A stretch of 64,000 nt of DNA. It comes from an uncultured Acidobacteriaceae bacterium. Its GTDB lineage: Bacteria > Acidobacteriota > Terriglobia > Terriglobales > Acidobacteriaceae. Within the stretch, counting starts at the first letter, position 1. Each line of letters opens with the position of its first letter. Both the position numbers and the translations under genes were made by a program. The stretch lies in NCBI GenBank assembly GCA_963725975.1, contig CAVSBA010000006.1, positions 10,799-74,798 of the forward strand, in the 5' to 3' direction. Shown piece after piece: positions 1 to 9,429 of the stretch. Below the pieces are notes generated by a model, which did no database searches, was not told the origin of the DNA, and was given only the letters and a program-made list of their open reading frames with translations.

Positions 1-900
1 GACCAAATAGGCGACGTAGGGATTGATGGTCTGTCCCGAGGGCCCAAAGTTGAACGTCACGCGTCCGTAAGCATCCGCGGCGGTGAGGGTATTGCCGGTC
101 ATAGTCAAATCGGCTTGGTAAACGCCGGAACTGACCGAGTCGGACACGCCGGAGAGCGTGCCGCTGCCCAGATCGATGTAGCCGGCGCCATTAAAGAGAG
201 TGCCATCGCCGCCCTCGCCGGTCTGTGCCCAAACGTACCCGCCGCTCGCCGCCAGGCCTGAAAGACCGGTGGTGTTCTGCAGGTAGCAGTGGCCGGAGCC
301 GTGGATGTAGGTACGCGCGCTTCCCGCATCGTCCATCTCGGTGAGGGCCAGGTCTGTGAATACACTGCTGCCGTTGAGGTCTCCGCCAGCGATGGCGAAG
401 GTGAGGCCGCCCGTGCCCACGGTGAGTGACAGATAGCCGCGGTTGTCAGCGCCGACCACATAAGTGCCGCCAAGAGCGCCATTCGTGGTCGCGTTCTGGT
501 AACCGGAAGAAGAAGGTGAGTTGTTGTCGATTTCACCGCCGGTCACAGTTCCGCTGCCATTGGCGGCAAAGGCGAAGACTTGACCGCCGCGGTAAAGCGT
601 ACTGCCGGTACCGCCAGTTACTCCGCTTTCATAGTACTGTGGGAGTTCGCAGGCGTACTGTCCCTTCAACTCAGCGTTGTTGGCGGCTACGGTCCTGGCC
701 ACTACGGGTACGACGAAGGTGGCCGTCTGTGTCTGCGCGGTGGGCGTCGTGCTATCGACCACCGTGATGGTGACGGTGGTAGAGCCGGTTGATGTGGGAG
801 TGCCTTCAAGTCCCCATGCGCCAGTCGGCTGTGTCAATCCTGCCGGCAGGTTGCTGAGGGTGACGGTGTAGGGAGTGGTGCCGCCGCTGATACTCAGCAT
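1..900 (-). CDS. C-terminal continuation (after a frameshift) of the Ig-repeat surface protein; runs off the window edge
   Basis: Minus-strand frame starting at 900 is open for 300 codons to position 1 (MLSISGGTTPYTVTLSNLPAGL...NNAELKGQYAC...GTYVVGADNRGYL...). It completes the Ig repeat begun as VGMPYSFQ in ORF 806..3157. Absent from the ORF track because it has no stop in the window. Confidence 0.85.
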   Translation of the reverse strand, partial: MLSISGGTTPYTVTLSNLPAGLTQPTGAWGLEGTPTSTGSTTVTITVVDSTTPTAQTQTATFVVPVVARTVAANNAELKGQYACELPQYYESGVTGGTGSTLYRGGQVFAFAANGSGTVTGGEIDNNSPSSSGYQNATTNGALGGTYVVGADNRGYLSLTVGTGGLTFAIAGGDLNGSSVFTDLALTEMDDAGSARTYIHGSGHCYLQNTTGLSGLAASGGYVWAQTGEGGDGTLFNGAGYIDLGSGTLSGVSDSVSSGVYQADLTMTGNTLTAADAYGRVTFNFGPSGQTINPYVAYLV

Positions 901-3157
901 TCTGGAACGAGTACGGCATGCCGACCATGCCTTGCGGCACATTGTAGATGGTGATTTGAATGGCGTTGACGGTGATCGTGTAAGTCACCGTGCTGCTGAC
1001 GAGGTTGGTGGTGTTGTCTTTCGCGGAAAGGGTGAAGGTAAACGAGCCGGAACCAACGGTCGAGGTGGGAGTCCCGGCGATCGACACCGAGCTGCCTCCG
1101 CCGGAATTGCTGATTGTAAACTCGCTGGCCAGAGCGCCCGCTCCTAAAGCAACGGAGCCGGTGGTCGGCAGCGTGGTGGCGCCATTCAGCGTCCAGGTAT
1201 AGGTTGGTCCCACGCCGCCTGTGGCAGCGATCGATGCCGTGTAGCTTTGACCCTCGGTTGCCGGTCCAGGCACCGTGGAGGTGGCTGGGGGCAGCAAAGG
1301 CGCGGTCTGGTAGTTGACGGTGACGTTGTAGTCGTTCTGCGTAATGGTCGCGCCGGTTACAGTGTCGGTCAGCGTTACGTTGAAGTCGACCACGACTGCT
1401 GGGTTGCCGCTGGTTGGTGTGGCGGGCGTTCCCCCGATGGTCAGTGTGCTCCCGGTGGTTCCGCCCGTTACAGCCAGGTTGTCCGATAGCCCGGTCACGG
1501 ACCAGGAGTAACTGCCGCTGCCGCCGGTCGCGAGGATAGTTCCTGGACCGTAGGCGTAGCCGGTGTAGGCGTTGGAAGGTAACGAAGCCGGGTCGGGAGC
1601 GGGCAGCGACAGCGCCGGGTAAATCTGAATGGTCAGAACCTTCGTTGTCGTATTGTTGCCTGAATCCTTGACATTGGCAGTGAAGGTCGCCGTGCAGCCT
1701 GCCGTGCAGGAGCCTACCGTGCCGGTGATCACGCCTGCGGTAGAGAGGCTGAGACCATAGGTGGAAAGGTTGCTGACGGTTGCGGTCCAGGAGTATCCGG
1801 TTCCGGTGCCGCCGCTGGCTTGCAGCGTCTGGTTGTAGCTTTGCCCTACGTCTACAGCCGGAAGCGAGGCAGTGGTGATGGTGACGCTATTCTCAACCTT
1901 GATGGAGTAGTTCGCGACCGCAGAGTGGCCGTTCGAGTCCGTCACCTTCACCGTGAAAGTTGCCGTTTGGTTGGCCGCGGCGCTGATGGGCGTTCCGGAG
2001 AGCAGTCCCGCATTCGACAAGGTGATATTGAATGGGGTGGCGTTGAGGGTCGAAGCACCGGTGGTCACCGCCCAGGTGCTATACGTGCCAGAACCACCTG
2101 TGGCTGTGAGCTGCTGGGAGTATTTAACGCTCACAGTTCCCCCAGGGAGAGTGGTTGGAGCGATGGTGATGGGCGCCTCGATCGTCAGCGTAAAGGTTGC
2201 CGTGCCTTTGTTGCCGCTCCCATCGGCTGCTGTCACCGTCACGTTGTAAGTGAGGTCGGAAGTGCCGGTATTGGCGGGACTGGTGTTGGAGATGACGCCG
2301 CCACTGGAGATGCTCCAGCCGACAGGGAGGGAAGGCGTCGACGACAGGCTCCATGTGTAGCTCGAGCCCGTGCCTCCCGCGGCCGTGAAGGCTGCGGTCG
2401 AATAGGAAGTGCCGGGGTATGCGTCAGCAATTGTCGCCGGCTTGGTCACGGTGATCGTCGGACTGATGACGGTGATGGTTTGCGCGGCGGAGATTGCCGT
2501 GAGGGCGTTGGGCGTGCCTGAATCGGTCATCGCGAACTTGATGCCGCTAAAGGTGCCGGCACAGCTTGCGGTGGACGTCGAGGGTGCAGAAAGCACACCC
2601 GCCGTTGTCAAGCTCACGCAGGGCGGGAGCGAGGCGCTGCCTGTGGCCAGCGCCCAGGTATAGGGCGAAATGCCGCCGGTTCCCGCCAGCGTGGCGGAGT
2701 ACGCGGTGCCAACCATGACGGTCTGCTGGGCGGTGGTCAAACTCGTGACCGCCGGAGCGGCCGGTATCGTAATGGTCGAAGATGCCGACTTTGAGGTATC
2801 GGCGTTCGAAGTCGCGGTGATGGTTGCAGTCTGCGATGAAGCAGTGGCAGTGGGGGCCGTATACTGCGCCGAGCCCGTCGTCTCGCTGGCGAGAGCGCCC
2901 GCCCCGCTCACGCTCCACGTTACTCCCGCGGAATTCTGGTCATTCGTGACGGTGGCCGACAGGGTCACCGCATTGCCGCCATCCAGGGTCGTCGTTGCCG
3001 GGGTGACCGTAACCGGGCCAACCGAAGTGTGCGATCCGCCGCCGCCGGAGCTGACGCTCCCCCCGCATCCCGTCAACATAGACGGCACGGTGCACAGCAC
3101 GAGGAGTGACAGGAAGCAAGAAACAACTGACGGTGACGAAAACTTGCGATTACGCAT
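806..3157 (-). CDS. Large Ser/Thr-rich lipoprotein with tandem putative Ig (He_PIG-like) repeats; probable adhesin/surface protein, frameshifted near 901
   Basis: Signal peptide with lipobox LTG-C. Repeated units of the type LPxxxVGxxYSxxLxAxGGxxxYxW...LSxxGxxSGT. The last ~31 aa (NAEYQRRHH...) are out-of-frame sequence. Confidence 0.85.
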   Translation of the reverse strand: MRNRKFSSPSVVSCFLSLLVLCTVPSMLTGCGGSVSSGGGGSHTSVGPVTVTPATTTLDGGNAVTLSATVTNDQNSAGVTWSVSGAGALASETTGSAQYTAPTATASSQTATITATSNADTSKSASSTITIPAAPAVTSLTTAQQTVMVGTAYSATLAGTGGISPYTWALATGSASLPPCVSLTTAGVLSAPSTSTASCAGTFSGIKFAMTDSGTPNALTAISAAQTITVISPTITVTKPATIADAYPGTSYSTAAFTAAGGTGSSYTWSLSSTPSLPVGWSISSGGVISNTSPANTGTSDLTYNVTVTAADGSGNKGTATFTLTIEAPITIAPTTLPGGTVSVKYSQQLTATGGSGTYSTWAVTTGASTLNATPFNITLSNAGLLSGTPISAAANQTATFTVKVTDSNGHSAVANYSIKVENSVTITTASLPAVDVGQSYNQTLQASGGTGTGYSWTATVSNLSTYGLSLSTAGVITGTVGSCTAGCTATFTANVKDSGNNTTTKVLTIQIYPALSLPAPDPASLPSNAYTGYAYGPGTILATGGSGSYSWSVTGLSDNLAVTGGTTGSTLTIGGTPATPTSGNPAVVVDFNVTLTDTVTGATITQNDYNVTVNYQTAPLLPPATSTVPGPATEGQSYTASIAATGGVGPTYTWTLNGATTLPTTGSVALGAGALASEFTISNSGGGSSVSIAGTPTSTVGSGSFTFTLSAKDNTTNLVSSTVTYTITVNAIQITIYNVPQGMVGMPYSFQNAEYQRRHHSLHRHPQQPAGRIDTADWRMGT

Positions 3158-3654
3158 ACTTTTCCTTTCATTGCGCCGGGCGGTACGACGAGTGCTTGGA
3201 TCTCCGCGTTGGACCTTGCGCGAACGATCTAGTGACGGACCTGCGCTGGATTGCAGGCAAGGCCCCGTTTCATGAACCAGAAGCTAGTGATCGATGGCGA
3301 ATAGGGTTTCCCATGGTCTTTGTCTTGCGTGGCGGGCGCGGGCGCTTGTTGCTGGGCGGCGAGCAACTGCGCTGAGGGCCCTGTTTCCACTGTCTTGGTT
3401 GGCAGGCTTACTTTCCGGCAGCGAGTGTCGCCGCGCAATATGGGTTGTGGCGAACTGGGAGAGCCTCACTCCCTGCAGCCATCCAGACGCGGCTCGCCAC
3501 ATGCTTTTCGTCGATAAACAGCGAACCAGCGCTGCAGACTATGGGCCCGGAATGTTCCGCAGATGCTTACTCCGAACTCCGATTTGCGGGTTTTGGGCAT
3601 GGCTTCGCCCTCCTTAGTCGCAACGCTTTTTGGCTACGGTCAGGAACGCAGATA

Positions 3655-3674
3655 TTAGGGAATTCCAAGGTACG
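3655..3674 (-). promoter_or_regulatory. Candidate LuxR/RcsB-like binding site, copy A
   Basis: + strand TTAGGGAATTCCAAGGTACG; 17/20 identical to the reverse complement of 8228-8247. Confidence 0.35.
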
Positions 3675-4256
3675 GCCAAGTGCAAACCCCCACAAGTTGT
3701 CGAAGCACCCGGAGCGCTTGTTCCCTCTTACGATGTATTTCGCAAGAGACGAAAGTCCTAGTCGTGCTACTACTTTTGGGTACTTAGTGGGCCGTTTGCC
3801 CCAGGCAAGCAAGAGACAAACTTCACTCCTGTCCAGGGAGAAAAAACGAAGGGGGGGCGGCCAGTGGGGATCGCGGAGAGCAGACTTCTGACTGAACATG
3901 GGCTACACCACTCCGGTTCCAACCTATTGCAGCTGATGCACGTGCCGCCCTGGTCCACCATCTGTGGCCCGCGACGGTCTCGACAGATATCGCTCTTCAG
4001 CCCTGCAGTCCCAGCATCCGGCCGCCTGCCCCGGGACGCAGAATGGGAGAGGGTAAACTCGCCCATTCCTGCATCCGGGCCGTCCTATTGCGGCAAGGCG
4101 CCGATGAACTCGTCGAGCGCGTTTCTTAACACAGCCGCTGATCGAAAGAAGAAGCGATCTGCGATTGGCATGCCGACCATAATGGCCTGCGGATTGCCCC
4201 TGGTGAATCCTTCAGCTTGCCGTCGTTCAGTTCTCCCGCTTGGATGAAAATCTGCG

Positions 4257-5579
4257 TCAGTCATTGGGTTCATTCCCGCTGGACTGATTCTCGGCTACCG
4301 CTTTCTTGACGCCGGGTGCGCCGGAAATTCCCTTCAGAGTTGCGAGCCACTTCTCTGGAAGTTTCTCTCGCAGGTACGCCTTTGTTGCGCGCTTGGCGCG
4401 GTCCATGGCGAGCGCCATTGCTCCCATACTGAATGGCTTTGCAAACTGCAGATTCACGTATTGAACTGCCTGCGCTCCCATTCTGGTTTTGCTGAACTCT
4501 CCGCCCCACAGATAGTCGTAGCAGCGGACGCCCTCGGAAATCAGAGCCTTGATGACGTGAGCCTCAAGAACGTATCCGACCGAGGAATCCGCATAGTCGG
4601 GATCAAAGCCCTTTTGCAACATCTGCACCGTATCCTTGTAGCGGAATCCAAATTGGCAGGCAACCGGCTTATCGTCCAGTGCGAGCTGCCAGAACTCGAG
4701 CCACCCTCGTTTCAGAAATGCGCGAGCCATCTCCTGATAGAAAGCGCAGCGCTCGGGGCTGGAGAAGGCGCCCATTTGACCGCGTTGTACCCAGCGCTTC
4801 TGGTGGAGCGTGAACAAGTTTTCAAGTGCCCGGGGAAGGTCAGCTTCCTGTTCGCACCGTGTGACGGAAACTTGAAACTTAAATTCAAGTTCCTTGGTTC
4901 GGTGCCTGATTTTGGACCTCTCCTTCCTGGGAATCTGCTGGAGGTACGCTTCCCAGGAATCTGCCAAAGGCGCTGCACTGGAGGGTGCGGTGAAGGTGGT
5001 GTATTTCCATTTTCGGCGCGCCAGCAAGGAGAGAAGTTCATTGAGATTGGGCGAGCTTTGTGAAAGCGTGTTGAGCTCGCAGACATCCCAATCCTTTTGT
5101 GAAGAGAGCCAATCGACGAATGCCTGGATGCAGCCTGAATTGCAGCCCGGCTGGACGATGAAATCAAGGCAGACCGATTCAAACGTGCCGTCACCCACGA
5201 AGGAAAGGCGTCGAAGTTTCTTACCGACAGGGGTTTTGAACGCTTCGGAATAGAGACCTGCCAGCCCCACAACCTTGTCGTCATGCCCCAGAAACAGCAG
5301 GCATTTGGTCGTCCTGCCCTTTCCGTAGGCATGCCAATATGCCTGCAGCCATTCGGGAGTGGAGAAGATGGACGAATCGTCAGACTCGAGGAGCAAGCGC
5401 TCCCATTCGGCCCGGTACTTCTCAAATTCTTCCCAGCAACTCAGCGCCTGAACTCGAATAGGGGCATGCGCGGAGAGGCTTTGCTGCTCCGGCTGAGCGC
5501 CGGGCAACGAGGAGGATGCGGTCTCGGAGTTCGCGAAATCGAGATCGCCGTATGCGTTAGTTTGCCGCGATAGCTGCAC
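4257..5579 (-). CDS. GNAT-family acetyltransferase (CelD/BcsL, Acetyltransf_6-like)
   Basis: IFSTPEWLxAYW, SWEAYL, LFTLHQKRW, GFDPDYADSSVG, YDYLWG...K motifs typical of EPS-associated GNATs. Start uncertain. Confidence 0.85.
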   Translation of the reverse strand: MQLSRQTNAYGDLDFANSETASSSLPGAQPEQQSLSAHAPIRVQALSCWEEFEKYRAEWERLLLESDDSSIFSTPEWLQAYWHAYGKGRTTKCLLFLGHDDKVVGLAGLYSEAFKTPVGKKLRRLSFVGDGTFESVCLDFIVQPGCNSGCIQAFVDWLSSQKDWDVCELNTLSQSSPNLNELLSLLARRKWKYTTFTAPSSAAPLADSWEAYLQQIPRKERSKIRHRTKELEFKFQVSVTRCEQEADLPRALENLFTLHQKRWVQRGQMGAFSSPERCAFYQEMARAFLKRGWLEFWQLALDDKPVACQFGFRYKDTVQMLQKGFDPDYADSSVGYVLEAHVIKALISEGVRCYDYLWGGEFSKTRMGAQAVQYVNLQFAKPFSMGAMALAMDRAKRATKAYLREKLPEKWLATLKGISGAPGVKKAVAENQSSGNEPND

Positions 5580-6723
5580 GATATATGTCCATGGTTTGGC
5601 GAGCGATCAAATCCCAGCTTAGGGCCTCTTCGGCGCGTTTCCTTAATCCCGCAGCAAGATTCTTTCTGAGCTGCTCGTCTTCCAGGAGTTCGACAATTCG
5701 ATCGGCGAGTTGTTCGGGATTATTCTCATCTACCCATACACACCAGTTCTCCAGATGATCCGGAATGCCGGCTTTTTTTGTTCCGATTACCGGCAGGCCA
5801 TTGGCGGCGGCTATGGCCGCGGGCTCGCCGGCAAAGCTTCTCGAGTAGGGCAGCAGGAGCATGAGAGAGCGCTCATACAGCGGCCCCATTTCTACCATCG
5901 GCAGTTGATTCAGCCAGGTGACGAGATCACCGACTCCGAGATCTTCGATGATTTTCTGGGCCTCTTGCGGAGGCTCTGCCGGATAATGCCCATGCACTTT
6001 CAACCGGGGGGTTTTGGCGCCCATGCGGTCTTTCAGGATCGCCATCGCCTTGAAAACGGCGGGCAGCCCCTTGCCGGACATGGCATCGTGGCCACAGTGA
6101 AACACGATGCCTTCGCGCAGATGGTCTCCATTTTGCGGCGGAATATCAGTGCCATTGAGAACGATGTGGACCTTGTTTTCAGGAATGCCCATTTCAACCA
6201 GCTCGTCCTTCATCTGTTGACAGTGGACGATCAGGGCTTGGGCGCGGTTGTAGGCTTCATTCCGCTCCGGGAACAGCCGCTGGTGTTCATCGAATTCGTG
6301 AATGGTGACGATTTTGGCTTCAGTTGAGGGCTGATTCAGCCATTGAAAAGCAACGCTGGAGCCATAAGCGTTCAGCACCTGCTGGAAGTGGACCACCTCG
6401 CTGCCATGAGAGAGTTCCACATAGCGCCGTGCCCGGGCGCCGCAGCTCGCATCGTTTACCCTCACCCGCAGCCAGCGCAGCATTGGATTCCAGGGCCCGT
6501 AGTAACAATGATTGGGCATGTCGAAGTATTTGCAGCCCGGCGTTTGAAACTGTTTGTCCAGTTCTGGTGGAATGTTGCAGCCACAGTTGGAAGCGACCCA
6601 CCGGACCTGATTGCTGTCCGGCAGCTTCTTGATCGCATTGATCAGCGATTCGGTGTAGGACCCAAACGCGGTCTGAAATGGGCATCCGATCATCGAGATT
6701 TTCACGTCTATGTCTCTCTTCAT
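5557..6723 (-). CDS. Glycosyltransferase family 4 (GT-B)
   Basis: IVTIHE, KVHIVLNG, KG, LLLPY...FAGEPAAIAAANGLPVIGT, SWD C-terminal motif. Confidence 0.85.
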   Translation of the reverse strand: MKRDIDVKISMIGCPFQTAFGSYTESLINAIKKLPDSNQVRWVASNCGCNIPPELDKQFQTPGCKYFDMPNHCYYGPWNPMLRWLRVRVNDASCGARARRYVELSHGSEVVHFQQVLNAYGSSVAFQWLNQPSTEAKIVTIHEFDEHQRLFPERNEAYNRAQALIVHCQQMKDELVEMGIPENKVHIVLNGTDIPPQNGDHLREGIVFHCGHDAMSGKGLPAVFKAMAILKDRMGAKTPRLKVHGHYPAEPPQEAQKIIEDLGVGDLVTWLNQLPMVEMGPLYERSLMLLLPYSRSFAGEPAAIAAANGLPVIGTKKAGIPDHLENWCVWVDENNPEQLADRIVELLEDEQLRKNLAAGLRKRAEEALSWDLIARQTMDIYRAAIAAN

Positions 6724-6902
6724 TGTTACGAGTGGGCTGTGGTCTACGGCGGGTTTTGCTGATTGCGCTTTCTAAACTACGTTGAGCGGTCCAGAGAATT
6801 CGTAGTGCGCGAGCCTTTATGCTTCTTCATTGCAGCCGGCCTGTTCGCAGAGCTGCGAGGTGAAAAGATCCTCTGCTGAGGGGGCAGAAGTACACTGTCC
6901 GC

Positions 6903-7700
6903 TCAGGCAGGCGGGCTCTTCGCCTTCGGTAGCCTGGAGCGGGCGGGTACCTCATCCGCAAAGAACTTCGTTTCCAACGGCCGGCTTTCGCCTGACTCGC
7001 CGTTGATTTGATTCCCCTGGTCTTCGCCAGCTCTTTTGGTGCTGCTGATGGCATAGAGGACCAGCTCGACCCGCGAGGAAACGCCGAGCTTTTCAAAGAT
7101 ATGGAACACATAGTTTTTGATGGTGTGTTCACTGAGTTTTAACTCGTTGGCGATCTCACGATTTTGCAGACCTTCGGCGAGAAGGCGAACCACATCTTCT
7201 TCCCGTTTGGTCAGGAGCCGCATCCCATTTGCGTTCACTACCCTCATCGGTGCGAGCTGGTAAAAAGCGTCGATGACCTCCGACAGCTCTTTACTGTTCG
7301 CCCAAATGTGTCCGGCGTGGACCTGCTGGACGCACCGGCAAAGCGCCTTAAAATTCGATTGCGAAAGGCAAAAGACGCCTTTGGCGCCAGCCCGGAAGGC
7401 GTCGACAGCCACGTTGCTTTGGTTGCCGTCGTGCAGAATCACGCACTTGACCTCCGGGAAAGCCTCGTGAATCTGCCGTAGCGCACCAAATCCGCTCATG
7501 GGACCATCGGCCAGGTCTGCGCTGATCAGGGCCACATCGACCCTCATCGATCGCACCGCTTTGACAACCTCCTGGGCGGTGGTTGCATTCTCAAACACTT
7601 CAAATTTCCCAAAGCGGCGCAGCGCTCCCACGAGCAATTCGCAAGTAATGAACTGCGGAATTGCAATAAGGACCGATATTCCACAGTCTTTAGGAGCCAT
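6903..7700 (-). CDS. NarL/LuxR-family response regulator with atypical (pseudo) receiver
   Basis: C-terminal LTKREEDVVRLLAEGLQNREIA...SEHTIKNYVFHIFEKLGVSSR helix-turn-helix; the receiver lacks canonical Asp/Lys residues. Confidence 0.9.
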   Translation of the reverse strand: MAPKDCGISVLIAIPQFITCELLVGALRRFGKFEVFENATTAQEVVKAVRSMRVDVALISADLADGPMSGFGALRQIHEAFPEVKCVILHDGNQSNVAVDAFRAGAKGVFCLSQSNFKALCRCVQQVHAGHIWANSKELSEVIDAFYQLAPMRVVNANGMRLLTKREEDVVRLLAEGLQNREIANELKLSEHTIKNYVFHIFEKLGVSSRVELVLYAISSTKRAGEDQGNQINGESGESRPLETKFFADEVPARSRLPKAKSPPA

Positions 7701-8227
7701 AGCCCACGCCTTCCTCGCCTTTAGGGTTAAAAGCTCGTTGCGCTCTCACGTTCATGGCTAGTCGGACTGGTGACGTGCGAGAACGGGCAACGAAGTAACA
7801 TTGAGCGTGCGGTGGTGTGCTCTACTGGGGGACAGAGCTGCACGCTTCCAAATGAACAGGAAAACAATTCAAATCCACAATCCCCTGAGAAATTGGTAAC
7901 TGTTTCAGGACTTCTCAGAGAATCGCGATTCAATTCATCAATGGGCCCTTGGCCTGTATTGAGGTCTAGTTTAGCCGGAGTATTGATTGATAGCAAACCC
8001 CCAAACGTAACAGAATGCTGATTACTATTGAGGTATTTTCATGAACGCTACATACTTTAGTCTCTGATCGAATCGGGTGCGACCTCTCCGTTGTCTGTCC
8101 TGCCAAATGGCCCATCGAGGGCTCCAGGTATTCGCCGATCCCCTGCCTTGCGTCTCTAATGACCGCACCACCGAAAGAGGAGAACCGCTCCGAGCGCTTC
8201 GACCGCTTGTAAGAGTTTTCGGTTGAT

Positions 8228-8247
8228 CGTACATTGGAACTTCCTAA
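8228..8247 (+). promoter_or_regulatory. Candidate LuxR/RcsB-like binding site, copy B
   Basis: CGTACATTGGAACTTCCTAA, ~50 bp upstream of the PilZ ATG; matches copy A in the same orientation relative to the downstream gene. Confidence 0.35.
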
Positions 8248-8299
8248 GGTTTGGAGTGACCCCCAACTCTTTAATTCCCAAGATCGAAAGTTGATCACT

Positions 8300-8680
8300 A
8301 TGACAGCTTTTGTAGAACTTCGGAGAGCGAAGCGATATCCACTGGCAGCACCCACTGCGTTTTATTGGGCGACTGAGGACGGGAAATCGCAAAGCGGTGA
8401 AGGCAGAACTCGCGATCTCAATACATCCGGGGTCTACGTCTTTACAGATTCGTTGCCGCCAATAGGAGCGCACATCCAAATGGTGATTTCGCTTCCGAGA
8501 TTGACGGATGATGGCTTCGGAATGCATTTGCAAGGCCAGGGTATTGTGATTCGAGGTGAGCTGGGTAGTTTAGACGGCGCTTGCTCGAGACCGGCTGGCT
8601 TTGCTGCATCAGTGCAGTTTTATCCGGAGACCGATGCGACAGTCCTCTCGCAGCTGGAGAGGTCCGGGCCCGTTAACTGA
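8300..8680 (+). CDS. Stand-alone PilZ-domain protein (putative c-di-GMP receptor)
   Basis: ELRRAKRY (RxxxR) and TRDLNTSG ([D/N]xSxxG variant). ATG 8300 preferred to TTG 8234. Confidence 0.8.
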   Translation: MTAFVELRRAKRYPLAAPTAFYWATEDGKSQSGEGRTRDLNTSGVYVFTDSLPPIGAHIQMVISLPRLTDDGFGMHLQGQGIVIRGELGSLDGACSRPAGFAASVQFYPETDATVLSQLERSGPVN

Positions 8681-8781
8681 GGCAGGACCAACTAGCTTGC
8701 GTGGAAATTGGTACCAGGTAATCCCCCTATTCCTCAAACGGCCTGTGGAAAACTGGACTTCCGAGTAAGGATAGCGAAGCT

Positions 8782-9429
8782 ATGCCTCAAATCGACCAAT
8801 CACGCGCTCGTGCAAGTGTTGCGGCATCGCGAGACGACTCCGCGCAGCGCTGGTTTGCCGTGTACACCACGCCCCGGCATGAAAAGCACGTATCGTGCCT
8901 ACTGGTGGAACGTCAGATCGAGACCTTTCTGCCGCTCTATCGCAGCGTCCGGCAATGGAAGAAGAGCATCCCGGTGGTGCTGGAGCTTCCTTTGTTCCCT
9001 ACCTACGTCTTCGTCCGCATCGCCCGGGAGGAGCACGGCGCCGTTATGAGCGTACCGGGGGTGTTGTCGATGGTGGGTTCATCCCGAGAGCCGTGGCCGT
9101 TGCCTGACTTTGAAATCGAAACGCTGCGTTCCGGGCTTTTGGAGCGCAAAATCGAGCCGCACCCATACCTGACGGTAGGCGAAAGAGTGCGAATCAAAGC
9201 CGGGGTGATGGCAGGATTTGAGGGAGTGCTGGTTCGCAGGAAGCAAGACTATCGGGTGGTGCTCTCCCTGGACTTGATCATGCACAGCATGGCAGTAGAA
9301 GTTGACGTCGACGATGTGGAACCGGTAACCGGCACGCATCTGCCGGAAAGTCTCCAGCCTATGGCGCAATCAATGGCATGCGGCGCCGAATTGGCGGGAA
9401 GGTGGGATCTATGGGCTCCGTCAAGCTAG
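8782..9429 (+). CDS. UpxY/RfaH-like NusG-family transcription antiterminator
   Basis: WFAVYTTPRHEK, FLPLY, PLFPTYVFV (NGN domain) and GERVRIKAGVMAGFEG (KOW); heads the polysaccharide operon. Confidence 0.9.
   Translation: MPQIDQSRARASVAASRDDSAQRWFAVYTTPRHEKHVSCLLVERQIETFLPLYRSVRQWKKSIPVVLELPLFPTYVFVRIAREEHGAVMSVPGVLSMVGSSREPWPLPDFEIETLRSGLLERKIEPHPYLTVGERVRIKAGVMAGFEGVLVRRKQDYRVVLSLDLIMHSMAVEVDVDDVEPVTGTHLPESLQPMAQSMACGAELAGRWDLWAPSS

Noticed and set aside
3160-3900. c-di-GMP-I riboswitch in the long leader of the adhesin gene (GGCAAAC on the minus strand near 3794-3800)
   Set aside because: No GNRA-capped P2 stem or GACGCAAAGC-type segment follows.
4085-4273. Small ORF overlapping the GNAT stop codon
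   Set aside because: The overlap is suggestive, but there is no recognisable motif; cannot be supported without homologues or ribosome profiling.
8236-8265. ECF sigma promoter suggested by GGAACTT
   Set aside because: No plausible -10 element (TCTRA or CGT type) at 16-17 bp spacing.
8681-8781. Canonical ops/JUMPstart element before the NusG paralogue
   Set aside because: No GGCGGTAG-like match seen.
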